Shown piece by piece: positions 48,550-58,292 of a stretch of 64,000 nucleotides of DNA. This DNA comes from an uncultured virus (IMG/VR IMGVR_UViG_3300031578_000015) (taxonomy: Duplodnaviria > Heunggongvirae > Uroviricota > Caudoviricetes). The notes under the pieces were generated by a model. That model did not search any database, was not told the DNA's origin, and saw only the letters and a program-made list of their open reading frames with translations. The stretch lies in the IMG/VR virus record IMGVR_UViG_3300031578_000015, one strand, 5' to 3'. A program made the translations under genes and the position numbers. Within the stretch, counting starts at the first letter, position 1, and each line of letters starts with the position of its first letter.

Positions 48550-50103
48550 ATGTTTCTACAAAAGATTTCAAAAGATATTTTATCCAATGACGATATTCTT
48601 AAATACATTCAAGATTATGAGACTAATATAGTTCCACATTTGAATGATTTATGGGAATACTATAAAGGAAAAGATGTAGCTATTCTAAAAAGAAAAACGC
48701 CTGACCCTAATAATCCTGATAACAGAATAGTCGTTAGTTACGGTAGAAAGATTGTTACTACATATACAGGTTATGCTTATCGCCCTAAATACATTTCATA
48801 TAAGCCTAATATTAAACAAAAAACTGAAGCTTTAATGAATGAAAGTGTTATTGTTCCAAATATGTCTGAAAAAGAACCAATAGAAAAAGAGTTTGTTAAT
48901 GAATTACAAGCAATTTATAATTTGAATCAGGAACATATAAAGACAAATAGAGCTGGACGCAATACTGCTATTTTTGGGTTATCATATGAGATTTGTTACA
49001 TTGATTCTGAGATTCAACCAATGGATTCTAAATTGCCAATTAAAGCAGTACCTAAGTTTTTTACTGTTGACCCTAGGGAAATGATAGTATTATATGATTT
49101 TAGTCCTGAACCCAAAATGAAGATTGCTATTAGATATTATAAAATGGAAGATTCAAAAAGTTTTAAAGTAGAAGTATACTATGCTGATCATGTGGAAGTA
49201 TATATCAGACACCAATTAGATAATGGTAAATGGGAATTACTCCCCTCTGGTCCTCCTTATACAAACTTTTATGGTCAAGTTCCGGTAGTTGCTTATTATT
49301 TAGGCGACGAAATGCAATCCATCATGGAAAACATTTTAACACTTATTGATGCACATGATGTATTATTTTCTGATTCAATGAATGAGTTTGATAGATTTGC
49401 CTTTGCTTATTTGATTATGAAAAAAGTTGGATTAACTTCTAATATTGATAAAAAAGATTCAACTAAAGTTAATTTTGCTTTACAGTTATTGAAACGCCGT
49501 AGGGTATTTGAGAACTTAGATGAAAAAGCTGATATTAAGTTTTTGACTAAGGATATACCTACTAATTTCATTGATTTAGTTGGAAAGCAATTAAGAGACA
49601 TGATTCATATACAATCTCATGTACCGGATTTTACTTCTGAGAAAATGACAGGTGCCAGTGGAATTGCAATCCAAAGGTTAATGTTTGATTTTGAAAATCT
49701 AGTATCTAGTGCCGAAGCTGATTTTGATCGTGGCTTATATGATAGAATGATTTTAGTTGCTAAAATTATGAAGATACTCAATATTGTAGATGGCGGTCCT
49801 GAAATGGTAACTATTAGCCATAAAAGAAATGTTCCATTAAATACACAAGAGTTTGCACAGACTGCTTTGACTATGCAAGGTGCTGGATTTAGTAGAAGAG
49901 CAATTGTTGGTATAATGCCAGAAGACATTATCCCTGATATTGAAAAAGAATTAGATTATGAGAAGCAAGAACAAATGGCAATGACTGGAGGAATGGATGT
50001 TTATGGGACAATGCCTAATCCTGATCAACAAAAACAAATAGATGATTTGATTAATCAGGGTATGAATCCTGATGATGCCACGGCGCAAGTAATGGGGGGA
50101 TGA
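48550..50103 (+). CDS. portal protein (SPP1-like)
   Basis: YYKG, NRIVVSY, LIDAHD, DIKFLTK, SHVPD, ASGIAI; follows terL. Confidence 0.92.
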   Translation: MFLQKISKDILSNDDILKYIQDYETNIVPHLNDLWEYYKGKDVAILKRKTPDPNNPDNRIVVSYGRKIVTTYTGYAYRPKYISYKPNIKQKTEALMNESVIVPNMSEKEPIEKEFVNELQAIYNLNQEHIKTNRAGRNTAIFGLSYEICYIDSEIQPMDSKLPIKAVPKFFTVDPREMIVLYDFSPEPKMKIAIRYYKMEDSKSFKVEVYYADHVEVYIRHQLDNGKWELLPSGPPYTNFYGQVPVVAYYLGDEMQSIMENILTLIDAHDVLFSDSMNEFDRFAFAYLIMKKVGLTSNIDKKDSTKVNFALQLLKRRRVFENLDEKADIKFLTKDIPTNFIDLVGKQLRDMIHIQSHVPDFTSEKMTGASGIAIQRLMFDFENLVSSAEADFDRGLYDRMILVAKIMKILNIVDGGPEMVTISHKRNVPLNTQEFAQTALTMQGAGFSRRAIVGIMPEDIIPDIEKELDYEKQEQMAMTGGMDVYGTMPNPDQQKQIDDLINQGMNPDDATAQVMGG

Positions 50104-50130
50104 AATTAAAGCAATTGGAGATATTAAGTA

Positions 50131-51102
50131 ATGCTAGAACTTAGTAGTTTAGAGAATAAAGCTTATGTCTTATTAATGAAACGAGAAGCTAAATACTCTA
50201 AGCTTATTCAAAATCAATTAACTAATTCATTGACTACAATTTATGGGATTATGACAAAGATATATAATTTATATGCGGTTAATGGAAAATTGACTAGAGC
50301 ACAAATGACTGCTTATAATAAATATTCAACAATGGAAAAGCAAATATTAGATGCCCTTGATCCTGCAATCAAAGCAAATATAGTTACTATTAAACATTTA
50401 TTGCCTAGTCAATTTCAAGAATCATTTTTCCAATATGCATGGGCAATCGATCAAGTATCAGGATTGAGATTATCATGGGGATTAGTTAATACAAAAATAT
50501 TATTAGGTGCATTTGATATAACTAATCCTAAAAATATTGAATTGCAAAATGCCTTGAATAATTATCCATTGGAGGCTAAGAAGAAAATAAGAACAGTGTT
50601 ATTGAATGGACTGTCATTAGGTAAATCATATAATCAAATGGCTAATGATTTAAAGGCAGTTATAAGTAAAATATATAGTAGTGCAATATTGATTACTAGG
50701 ACTGAGGCACAAATGGCGGTGAATGCAGGACAGTCATTAGTTTATCAAAGAGCAATTGAAAATGGAATACAAGGTAGTGAAGTATGGTCAGCGACAAAAG
50801 ATGCAAGAACTCGTTATGATCATGGGCGAATGGATGGTGCTAAAAGAATAGTAAGTGAAGGCCAAGATGGATGGATAATGCCTGACGGAAGTTTTGCATT
50901 AGGCCCTGGTGGGGATTGGGCACCATATCCAGGTTATCCAGGATTAAGGGCGGCGGAAAGATGCAACTGTCGATGCCATACAAGATTTCAAATAGATGGA
51001 TATGAACCGCAATTAATGAGGACTCGTGCTGAAGGGGTTATTCCATATCAGAATTATCAGGATTATATAGATCAATATCATCCTGATTGGGCGCAGAATT
51101 AA
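50131..51102 (+). CDS. head morphogenesis protein (SPP1 gp7/Mu gpF family)
   Basis: ITRTE, WSATKDARTRYDHGRMDG, ERCNCRC. Confidence 0.9.
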   Translation: MLELSSLENKAYVLLMKREAKYSKLIQNQLTNSLTTIYGIMTKIYNLYAVNGKLTRAQMTAYNKYSTMEKQILDALDPAIKANIVTIKHLLPSQFQESFFQYAWAIDQVSGLRLSWGLVNTKILLGAFDITNPKNIELQNALNNYPLEAKKKIRTVLLNGLSLGKSYNQMANDLKAVISKIYSSAILITRTEAQMAVNAGQSLVYQRAIENGIQGSEVWSATKDARTRYDHGRMDGAKRIVSEGQDGWIMPDGSFALGPGGDWAPYPGYPGLRAAERCNCRCHTRFQIDGYEPQLMRTRAEGVIPYQNYQDYIDQYHPDWAQN

Positions 51103-51298
51103 AGGGGGTTTAATATGGCAATTTTAGGGCATGCAGACATGATGAAACAACATGAACAAATGATAAAGGATTGTGCAAAGCAATTGAATAAGGGTGCAGA
51201 TATTAATGGAACTATGATTCCAACAATGGATAGTGGTAATGCCAAAAATTTAGGAATTAATGCACCATATTATATGGGTATGATGCAAGGAGATTGAT

Positions 51299-51442
51299 AT
51301 GCCATTAAAAAAGGGTAAGAAAAATATTGGTAGTAATATAACTTTGGAGATGAAACATAACCATCCTTATAAGCAAGCGCTAGCCATTGCTCTTAGTACA
51401 GCAAAAGTAAAGAAAGTCTCTAAGAAAAAGGTTAAGAAGTGA
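51299..51442 (+). CDS. small basic protein (MPLKKG...QALAIAL), below the ORF-track cutoff
   Basis: Manual translation, 47 aa; AAGGAG SD. Confidence 0.7.
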   Translation: MPLKKGKKNIGSNITLEMKHNHPYKQALAIALSTAKVKKVSKKKVKK

Positions 51443-51648
51443 ATAATAAAATATTAAAGCAAGTAGAAGATATTCAAACAAAGGAAAAGGAAATTGTGAG
51501 TTTGATTATGAATAGGGATAATTTGCAATCTTAGATTGCAGAATTAAATAATATGATGACAAATATAAAAGAAAGTATTTCATTTAGAGAGGCAGAATTA
51601 AGTGCAATGTATTTTGAATTAAAGAAACTTCTAACGGAGGGTAAATGA
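51439..51648 (+). pseudogene. coiled-coil ORF interrupted by an in-frame TAG at 51532
   Basis: Start and stop overlap the neighbouring genes; reads ...LQS*IAELNNM... Confidence 0.55.
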
Positions 51649-51821
51649 CAAGCACAACAGGAACAAGTATTAATAGTTATCTTGAATGGGTTAAACAAGA
51701 ATTAGAAAGAAAACATTATGGAGAAGTATCAATTCAGTTTACTGTGTGCGCTGGGCAAGTTACGGATGTTCGTAAAGGATCATTTGACAATGACCACTAT
51801 CCCATGAAGAAAAAGGAGTGA
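51645..51821 (+). CDS. DUF2292/YezD-like small protein
   Basis: Manual translation HYGEVSIQFTVCAGQVTDV, 58 aa; GGAGG SD. Confidence 0.55.
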   Translation: MTSTTGTSINSYLEWVKQELERKHYGEVSIQFTVCAGQVTDVRKGSFDNDHYPMKKKE

Positions 51822-51833
51822 ATAAATACCCTC

Positions 51834-51932
51834 TTTACATTTAGTATAGAATAGCTTATAATTGCATATGTAGAGTAAAGACCGACAGGAAAACCTGAGG
51901 CCCTTGCGGATAAAACCGTTAGGGCCTTTATT
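51834..51932 (+). promoter_or_regulatory. promoter TTTACA-N17-TATAAT plus two-hairpin leader before the scaffold/capsid genes
   Basis: CAGG-AAAA-CCTG, then AGGCCCT...AGGGCCT followed by T-rich sequence. Confidence 0.55.
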
Positions 51933-52005
51933 ATTTTAAAAAAGGAGACTAACATGGTGTGTAAAACTAAAAAAGGATCAAAGAAAAAGGGAGGCAAGTA
52001 ATTAA

Positions 52006-52281
52006 ATGAATCGATCAAGGCAAAGGAAATTAGATGCTAGGGAAAATAGACAGGCATCCTTGCATAGTCAAGGTATGACTGTTGAAAAGACCATTGTCAA
52101 ACTCCCACAGCCAAAAGCATTAGTTAAGAAAGAAAAGGTATTAGTTGAATCAGTTAAAAATGTAGAAGTAAAACGAGGAAGAGGCCGTCCGCCGAAGGCT
52201 TCTTACGTTAATACAAAGGAAATTAGTAAGGCACAGGTAGTGGGCTATAAAAAGACCATGAAGGGCAAGGAGAAAAAGTAA
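52006..52281 (+). CDS. basic protein with AT-hook-like KRGRGRPPK
   Basis: ORF abuts the scaffold gene. Confidence 0.6.
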   Translation: MNRSRQRKLDARENRQASLHSQGMTVEKTIVKLPQPKALVKKEKVLVESVKNVEVKRGRGRPPKASYVNTKEISKAQVVGYKKTMKGKEKK

Positions 52282-52983
52282 ATGGCTATTAATAAGGTAC
52301 CAGATATTGGATTACAGTGGTTTGCTGAAAATGATGAAATCACAATTGAACAGATTCGAGCTTTTATTGATGCAAATATGGAACGGGCTGATGTTGCTGA
52401 ATATGTTACTTCTCTTGCTACTGAAAAGCCGCTTACTGTGGAAACGGTTAATGCTTATTTAGGAACAGTTGAAGGAAAAAATTTAATTCAGCCAATTATT
52501 GATCGTGCTAATACTAAGGCAATTCAATCACATGATGAAAAACAGAAACCCGTAGTTGAAGCTACTATTAAGGCTAGAGTCAATGAAGAGATCCAGAGAA
52601 TGAATCCTACAGAAACACCAGAAATGAGGCAGATTCGAGAACTTCGCCAAAGTCAAGAAGACATGCAAAAGACTATGGAAAAGGAAAGACTCGATTATGC
52701 AATTACTCAAGAGTATGCAAAGCGGAATATCCCATTAGAGTTTGCTAAAGATATTCCTTGGCCATCTGTTGAGCATGCTATTAATGGTGCATTGGTTTGG
52801 GAAAAGGTGAAGGCAGGTGAAATTGATAAAGCAGTAAATGCCCGTTTAGCTGAAACGCCTAAGCCTAATGGATCAAAAGGAAAAGATGGCGAACCTGATT
52901 ATAAGACCATGTCTAAAGAAGAGCGGTTTGCATTTTTTAAACAGCAAGCAGAACAACGTGATAGCCGTGGTGCTATTAGTTAA
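52282..52983 (+). CDS. capsid scaffolding protein (DUF4355-like)
   Basis: LQWFAE, coiled coil, KAVNARL...P; immediately upstream of the major capsid gene. Confidence 0.75.
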   Translation: MAINKVPDIGLQWFAENDEITIEQIRAFIDANMERADVAEYVTSLATEKPLTVETVNAYLGTVEGKNLIQPIIDRANTKAIQSHDEKQKPVVEATIKARVNEEIQRMNPTETPEMRQIRELRQSQEDMQKTMEKERLDYAITQEYAKRNIPLEFAKDIPWPSVEHAINGALVWEKVKAGEIDKAVNARLAETPKPNGSKGKDGEPDYKTMSKEERFAFFKQQAEQRDSRGAIS

Positions 52984-52999
52984 ATAAAGGAGAAGTATT

Positions 53000-53869
53000 A
53001 TGGGTTTAGAGAATTTTATTCCTGAGATGTGGAGTGCAACATTATTCGTAAAGCTCCGCAAGGCATTAGTTTTTGGTGGATTAACTAATAAGAACTTTGT
53101 TGAAGATGTTTTTAATTATGGTGATACTGTTCATATCAATGAAATTGGTCCCGTAACTGTTAATAGTTATACAAAACATGCAACACTTACTTATGAGACA
53201 CTTACTTCCGCTCAGAAGACCCTTATCATCGATCAAGCTTCTAGCTTCTCTTTCAAAATTGATGATATTGATAAAGCCCAGACTCAGCCTAAAGTGATGG
53301 ATGGGGCTATGTCTGATGCTGCGTATCGAATTGGCGATACTATTGATCAGTTTATTGCCGGTCTTTATGCACAGGCAGGTGCTACTCCCGCCGCTACTAC
53401 TTATATTGGATCAAGTGGATCAAGCCTTTCTGTTTCTTCAGGTAACGTTATCGAGACTCTTTCTTATGCACAGCGTTACCTTACCGAAGCTAATGTACCT
53501 ACTCCTGGTCGCTGGATTACTCTTCCTCCTTGGCTTACTCAGAAATTGATTCTTGCCGAAGTTGGCGGTATTTCTGCAATTGCCGTGCCTAAGATTGAAG
53601 ATGATGGAGCAATTGTTAATGGATTTGTGGGCCGCGCATTTGGATTTGATATTTTTGAATCAAATAACGTTTCTAACAATGCTACTCAGTATCGTGTAAT
53701 GTGTGGTGATCGTTCGGCTATTAGTTATGGTGGTCAGGTTTCTGAAATTGAAGCTCTTCGCTTACAGACTACTTTTGCTGATGCAGCTCGTGGACTATAT
53801 GTGTATGGTGCTAAGGTAACCAGGGCTGAGGCTCTTCTTACTCTATATCTCGCCGAAGCTGCGGGCTAG
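53000..53869 (+). CDS. major capsid protein
   Basis: NFIPEMWS, GDTVHI, LIIDQ, DDIDKAQ, GFDIFESN, GLYVYGAKV. Confidence 0.92.
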   Translation: MGLENFIPEMWSATLFVKLRKALVFGGLTNKNFVEDVFNYGDTVHINEIGPVTVNSYTKHATLTYETLTSAQKTLIIDQASSFSFKIDDIDKAQTQPKVMDGAMSDAAYRIGDTIDQFIAGLYAQAGATPAATTYIGSSGSSLSVSSGNVIETLSYAQRYLTEANVPTPGRWITLPPWLTQKLILAEVGGISAIAVPKIEDDGAIVNGFVGRAFGFDIFESNNVSNNATQYRVMCGDRSAISYGGQVSEIEALRLQTTFADAARGLYVYGAKVTRAEALLTLYLAEAAG

Positions 53870-53884
53870 GAATAGGGGGATAAT

Positions 53885-54274
53885 ATGGCTAACGGAACTT
53901 TAAAGGTAACTACTGTTGCATTAACTGGTGTGGCTGGAACTGCTGCATCTACCACAATTGCATCTTCAGAGACAATGACTATTTCCGCCACTACTGCCCA
54001 GGCCGCGCTTAGTTTACGCTCGCTTATGGTATATGTAGCAAATGCAAGCTCCACCGCTTCTGTTACTCTTTCTCTAGGGGCTGGAACTAACTTCTCTGAA
54101 ATTGGCCAGGGAGCTTATTCTATTACAGTTGGTACTGCTGCAACTGTAATGATCGGTGGACAGGGTTTTGAATCTGCTAGATTCCTAGATTCAAATGGTG
54201 CTATTGTATTCACCCAGGCAGGGGCTGGGCCTACCACTTGGCTTGCTTTCCAAGAACCTAATGTTTGGGAATGA
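53885..54274 (+). CDS. Ser/Thr/Ala-rich virion protein, possible capsid decoration protein
   Basis: Directly after the capsid gene, with similar codon style; followed by a hairpin near 54283-54325. Confidence 0.55.
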   Translation: MANGTLKVTTVALTGVAGTAASTTIASSETMTISATTAQAALSLRSLMVYVANASSTASVTLSLGAGTNFSEIGQGAYSITVGTAATVMIGGQGFESARFLDSNGAIVFTQAGAGPTTWLAFQEPNVWE

Positions 54275-54341
54275 TTAATAATATAAATGGGGGAGGAAAG
54301 TTTATAATGAGTACTTCCCTATTTATATAAAGGAATAACTT

Positions 54342-54539
54342 ATGGCAACTAAAAAGAATTGGATTCAAGGAGCAATCGAAAAACCAGGTTCATTTTCTAA
54401 GAAAGCAAAAAATGCTGGAATATCCACAAGTGCCTATGCTACTAAATCACTGAAAAAGAAAAGTAAGGCAAGTTCTACAACAAAAAAGCAAGCAGTGTTA
54501 GCTAAAACTCTTGCAGGAATGAGAAAAAAGAAGAAATAA
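54342..54539 (+). CDS. small basic protein (KNWIQGAIEKPG)
   Basis: Lys-rich, with SD. Confidence 0.65.
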   Translation: MATKKNWIQGAIEKPGSFSKKAKNAGISTSAYATKSLKKKSKASSTTKKQAVLAKTLAGMRKKKK

Positions 54540-54540
54540 A

Positions 54541-55134
54541 GTGGCAACAATACTTTCCGTTTCAGAGTTACTAGATTTTCAACCTAATATCACAGCCACA
54601 GCCGGGACTATCATATCTAGGAAATGGATTGAAATTGTAGAGCAAAGATTGCCATTACTTACTAATGATTATTTTACTTCAGATATTATGCATATTGATT
54701 GTACTGCCACTTTTAATCAAACTGCTGGAACTATCATTATAGATCAAAATACATGGTCTCAATTTGGATTTAAAGATGGTGACAATATCCTAATTTATAA
54801 ATCATTGCGAAATGAAGGTTATTTACAAGTTGATACCTTTGTTGATAGTACTGCTACAATTGCATCAGCTTATACGGTTTACGATGAAGCTTATAATTAT
54901 AATATGGGAAGAATCATTTATTTCGGTGTAGTACATTGGACAATTGATATAAAAGCAATTGCTTCTGAAATGATTTATTATGATGCTGAATTGCGAAGTA
55001 AAAGAACTCCAGGTATTCGTTCAAGATCATTAGGACCATGGAGTGAATCATATGCAGGTGATACAGGGACATTTGGGTATCCATTAGAAATTTTAGAGAA
55101 ACTTGAAAAGTACAATATTGCTAGGTTAATGTAA
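54541..55134 (+). CDS. head-tail adaptor/connector
   Basis: Position and C-terminal GIRSRSLGPWSESY...GYP...L. Confidence 0.7.
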   Translation: MATILSVSELLDFQPNITATAGTIISRKWIEIVEQRLPLLTNDYFTSDIMHIDCTATFNQTAGTIIIDQNTWSQFGFKDGDNILIYKSLRNEGYLQVDTFVDSTATIASAYTVYDEAYNYNMGRIIYFGVVHWTIDIKAIASEMIYYDAELRSKRTPGIRSRSLGPWSESYAGDTGTFGYPLEILEKLEKYNIARLM

Positions 55135-55144
55135 GGAGAAAAAC

Positions 55145-55276
55145 ATGGCAAAGAAAGCAAGTCCAGCACAATTAGCAGCTAGGGCAAAGTTTGCGAAGAT
55201 GATTAAATCAAAGTCAAAGAAAGGTTCTGCAAATACTTCTACTACACCTAAAGTAAATACAAGTAAGGGAAAATAA
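55145..55276 (+). CDS. small basic protein (MAKKASPAQLAARAKF)
   Basis: Manual translation, 43 aa; AAGGAG SD. Confidence 0.65.
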   Translation: MAKKASPAQLAARAKFAKMIKSKSKKGSANTSTTPKVNTSKGK

Positions 55277-55277
55277 A

Positions 55278-55634
55278 ATGGCATTAAGGGATATGTTGAA
55301 TATAGTAAATGGAGTCTCTATCATCAAAACTACGTCAACTAATGATGGAATGGGTGGAATGACTTCAACTACTATAACTACAGTAATCCCTTTATGTGCA
55401 TTATGGCAAAATTCTAGTACCAATAAGTATATCTATGACAAATATGCAATGAATAGTTCTCATATTTTATGTTTTGAATATGGCGCTTACACTTTTAATG
55501 TTCCTGATAGTAGTGGAGGAACAGTTATTGAAACAGTATCTCATAATGGATCAATATATAATACTATGGGATTTCAAAATGATTATATGGATTTTCATGA
55601 AATAGTCACAATGAACTTGGATAGATTATCATGA
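55278..55634 (+). CDS. head closure protein
   Basis: DGMGG motif, SSHILC and gene order. Confidence 0.65.
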   Translation: MALRDMLNIVNGVSIIKTTSTNDGMGGMTSTTITTVIPLCALWQNSSTNKYIYDKYAMNSSHILCFEYGAYTFNVPDSSGGTVIETVSHNGSIYNTMGFQNDYMDFHEIVTMNLDRLS

Positions 55635-57160
55635 GCATGGTCAGAATCGATTTAAAAAAGAAATGGGATGGCTCTATTGTTAAATTATTAGGGAAAAAGG
55701 TAATAGATAAAAGTATATATGAAGTTGGATTGATTGTAGAAGGGAATGCCAAAGAATTAGCGGCTAAAAATTATGGTTATTTAGCAGCTAGTATCAATAC
55801 ACAATTTCAAGGTGGGGGAGATGAATTAGAAGATCCTAGTAAATATGCTAAAGAAATACCCCCAGTAGGGCATAATGTTGAAACATTTAGAAAAATACAA
55901 GCACCTTCACAAGAGGAAGTCGTGTTTGTTGGTACTGCGGTTGATTATGCTTGTATTTTTGATGGGCATACTAATATAAAAGTACAAGGAGGAAAAGGGT
56001 ATAAGGTTATATGTCAAATAAAAAAAGGGGATATGGTATTAACACAAACTGGAGAATATCATAAAGTAATTGAAACATTCAAAAAACCTGCTATACTATC
56101 TCCAGATTTAATTGAAATTATTTGCGAGTATAGAAAAAATAGAAATCACAAATTGATAGTGACCAAAGAGCATAAGATATTGGTTTTTAGAGATGTGCGA
56201 AATAAATGGGTTAAGGCAGAAGAATTATTATTAACCGATAAACTATTTTCTTTGAAAAAGAAAGAACCAAATAAAGGAAAAGGACTTCATAGGAACTGTT
56301 TACAATGTGGAAAAGAATTTCAGCCTCCAGGTCATAATGAGATTCATCAATATTGTTCTATGGATTGTAGGAATGAATATTGGAAAATTAATGGCAGTCC
56401 TAATATTGGTAGTAAGAGGACTAAAAAAACTAGAGACAAAATGAGTTTACTTAAAAAGAAGTATTTTGAATTGAATCCAGAAAAACATCCTAATCGGATA
56501 ATGAATAAAAAGGGATATCAAACCGATGTTGAAAAAACTATTGAAGATTGGTTGATTGAACAACAAGTACAATATGAAAAACAAAAAAGAATAGGAAGAA
56601 TATATGCTGATTTTTATTTACCTATTACAAATGAAATATTAGAAGGAGATGGAGCTTTTTGGCATTCAAACCAAAAAAAGGATATTGAAAGAGATAAATA
56701 TATAAAAAGTATTGATCCAACTATTAAAATAACTCACATGCACTTTTATGATAAACGATTTTCTAAAAATATAAATAGAAATCCATTAGAAAATGTATAT
56801 TATCAGGTATGTAATCCAAGTCCTAAAAGTTATGTTAATATGGGGGATTTTGAGTGTAGAAAAATTGTCTCTATAAAACCAATCAAGTATGGTGAAAATA
56901 TAAAAAAACATGCCAGTACACAAGCATATGTTTATGATTTATCGGTTGAAGGTGTTCATTCATATTATGCTAATGGCATATTGGTTTCTAATAGTCATGT
57001 GGAATTTGGAACTGTAAAAATGGACGCTCAGCCTTTTCTCAGGCCAGCAGCTGATATGGCACAAGGAAAAGTATTAGAAACAGTAGAGGCTAATGGTAAA
57101 CAACATTTTCTTGGTTATTTGCGACAGCATGAAGAATATTTACAAAGTAGGGGATTATGA
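55631..57160 (+). CDS. HK97 gp10-like neck/tail-completion protein interrupted by an intein
   Basis: Exteins join to VGTAVDYA|SHVEFGTVKMDAQPFLRPA, the gp10-family motif. Confidence 0.88.
   Translation: MSMVRIDLKKKWDGSIVKLLGKKVIDKSIYEVGLIVEGNAKELAAKNYGYLAASINTQFQGGGDELEDPSKYAKEIPPVGHNVETFRKIQAPSQEEVVFVGTAVDYACIFDGHTNIKVQGGKGYKVICQIKKGDMVLTQTGEYHKVIETFKKPAILSPDLIEIICEYRKNRNHKLIVTKEHKILVFRDVRNKWVKAEELLLTDKLFSLKKKEPNKGKGLHRNCLQCGKEFQPPGHNEIHQYCSMDCRNEYWKINGSPNIGSKRTKKTRDKMSLLKKKYFELNPEKHPNRIMNKKGYQTDVEKTIEDWLIEQQVQYEKQKRIGRIYADFYLPITNEILEGDGAFWHSNQKKDIERDKYIKSIDPTIKITHMHFYDKRFSKNINRNPLENVYYQVCNPSPKSYVNMGDFECRKIVSIKPIKYGENIKKHASTQAYVYDLSVEGVHSYYANGILVSNSHVEFGTVKMDAQPFLRPAADMAQGKVLETVEANGKQHFLGYLRQHEEYLQSRGL
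55952..56992 (+). mobile_element. intein (347 aa) with zinc finger and Vsr/DUF559-like endonuclease
   Basis: Starts CIFDGHT; block B VTKEHKIL; CLQC...YCSMDC; ADFYLP...EGDGAFWH; ends VYDLSVEGVHSYYANGILVSN before Ser. Confidence 0.9.
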
Positions 57161-57564
57161 GTCCTTCACAAATGATAGGATGGTCCTTAAATCAAACTTC
57201 ATCGGTGACAAATATAGTATCAACTAGAATATATGCTGGGCAAAGACCAGTAACAACTACGGTGCCTTGTATTAATTATTTTGAAATGGCTGGGACTAAA
57301 AGATTGAATGGATTTGAAAGATCTACTTATTCTATAAATTGTAGGGCAACTACGGCGGAAACAGCACTACAACTAGCTAGAAAAGTAGTTGATTTATTTG
57401 AAGGAGGAATATCAGGACGGGGTGGATATGGAAGTATGAATGGGTTTGAAATAACTAGAGCAAGTTTAAGACAAGGACAAGGATTGATTCCAGAACCAGA
57501 TGATACTTTATATAATGCTCCGGTTGATATTTTTATAGTATATCCTACATCAAGTGTAAGTTAA
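57157..57564 (+). CDS. tail terminator protein
   Basis: VSTRIY...P..PCINY, YSINCRA and gene order. Confidence 0.7.
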   Translation: MSPSQMIGWSLNQTSSVTNIVSTRIYAGQRPVTTTVPCINYFEMAGTKRLNGFERSTYSINCRATTAETALQLARKVVDLFEGGISGRGGYGSMNGFEITRASLRQGQGLIPEPDDTLYNAPVDIFIVYPTSSVS

Positions 57565-57575
57565 AGGAGAATAAA

Positions 57576-57734
57576 ATGGGGGGGCCAGGAAGCGGAAGGA
57601 AACCTAACGGGGTACCTAAAATAACTTCAAATAAAATAATTTCAATTAAAAATGGTAAAGTCATTCCAAAAATATCTAAAAGAAAAGCAGCTGGAAGAAA
57701 AAATGGAGTTTGGACTTACAATATTAAAGCATAA
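57576..57734 (+). CDS. small basic protein (MGGPGSGRK)
   Basis: Manual translation, 52 aa; AAGGAG SD. Confidence 0.65.
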   Translation: MGGPGSGRKPNGVPKITSNKIISIKNGKVIPKISKRKAAGRKNGVWTYNIKA

Positions 57735-57746
57735 AGGAGATTAATT

Positions 57747-58292
57747 ATGCCCATTTATCAGAATAGTACAGTAGCAGATGCAAAAGTAGAAATTGGAAAC
57801 TATGCAATGTATGTTGCAATTACAGCTGGGACCACTGTAGGCGGAAGTTGGATTAATCTAGGTGCCGGTATGGTTAAGAGTTTTTCTTATGATCCAGTTA
57901 GCTTTACTTCACAGGCTGGCAATGCACCTGATCCTATTCAAGGTATTTCAAGAGAAACGGCTAAGATTGCTATTGATTTGATTGAATATGATGGTTCTTC
58001 TTTCTCAATTCTGAGTGATGGAGCAATGACAGGCAGTTCAGGGTCATTAGTTGTAGGTGGTCAAACTAATGTGCAAGCTGGTAATGGATTTAAATTAGTT
58101 AATAACAGAAAATTAGCTTCCGGTTCCACCCAGACTACTACTTATGTATTTAATTTTGTATTTATGGATGGTGGATTCTCCACTTCTCCCAAATCCGATA
58201 ATGACGCTGATCCTATCAATGTTTATAGTTTTAATCTTTTAGCCAAGCAGTATATGACTGCACAAACAATCTTTACTAAGACGGTATCCTAA
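57747..58292 (+). CDS. major tail (tube) protein
   Basis: Position between terminator and chaperone; beta-rich 181 aa. Confidence 0.7.
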   Translation: MPIYQNSTVADAKVEIGNYAMYVAITAGTTVGGSWINLGAGMVKSFSYDPVSFTSQAGNAPDPIQGISRETAKIAIDLIEYDGSSFSILSDGAMTGSSGSLVVGGQTNVQAGNGFKLVNNRKLASGSTQTTTYVFNFVFMDGGFSTSPKSDNDADPINVYSFNLLAKQYMTAQTIFTKTVS

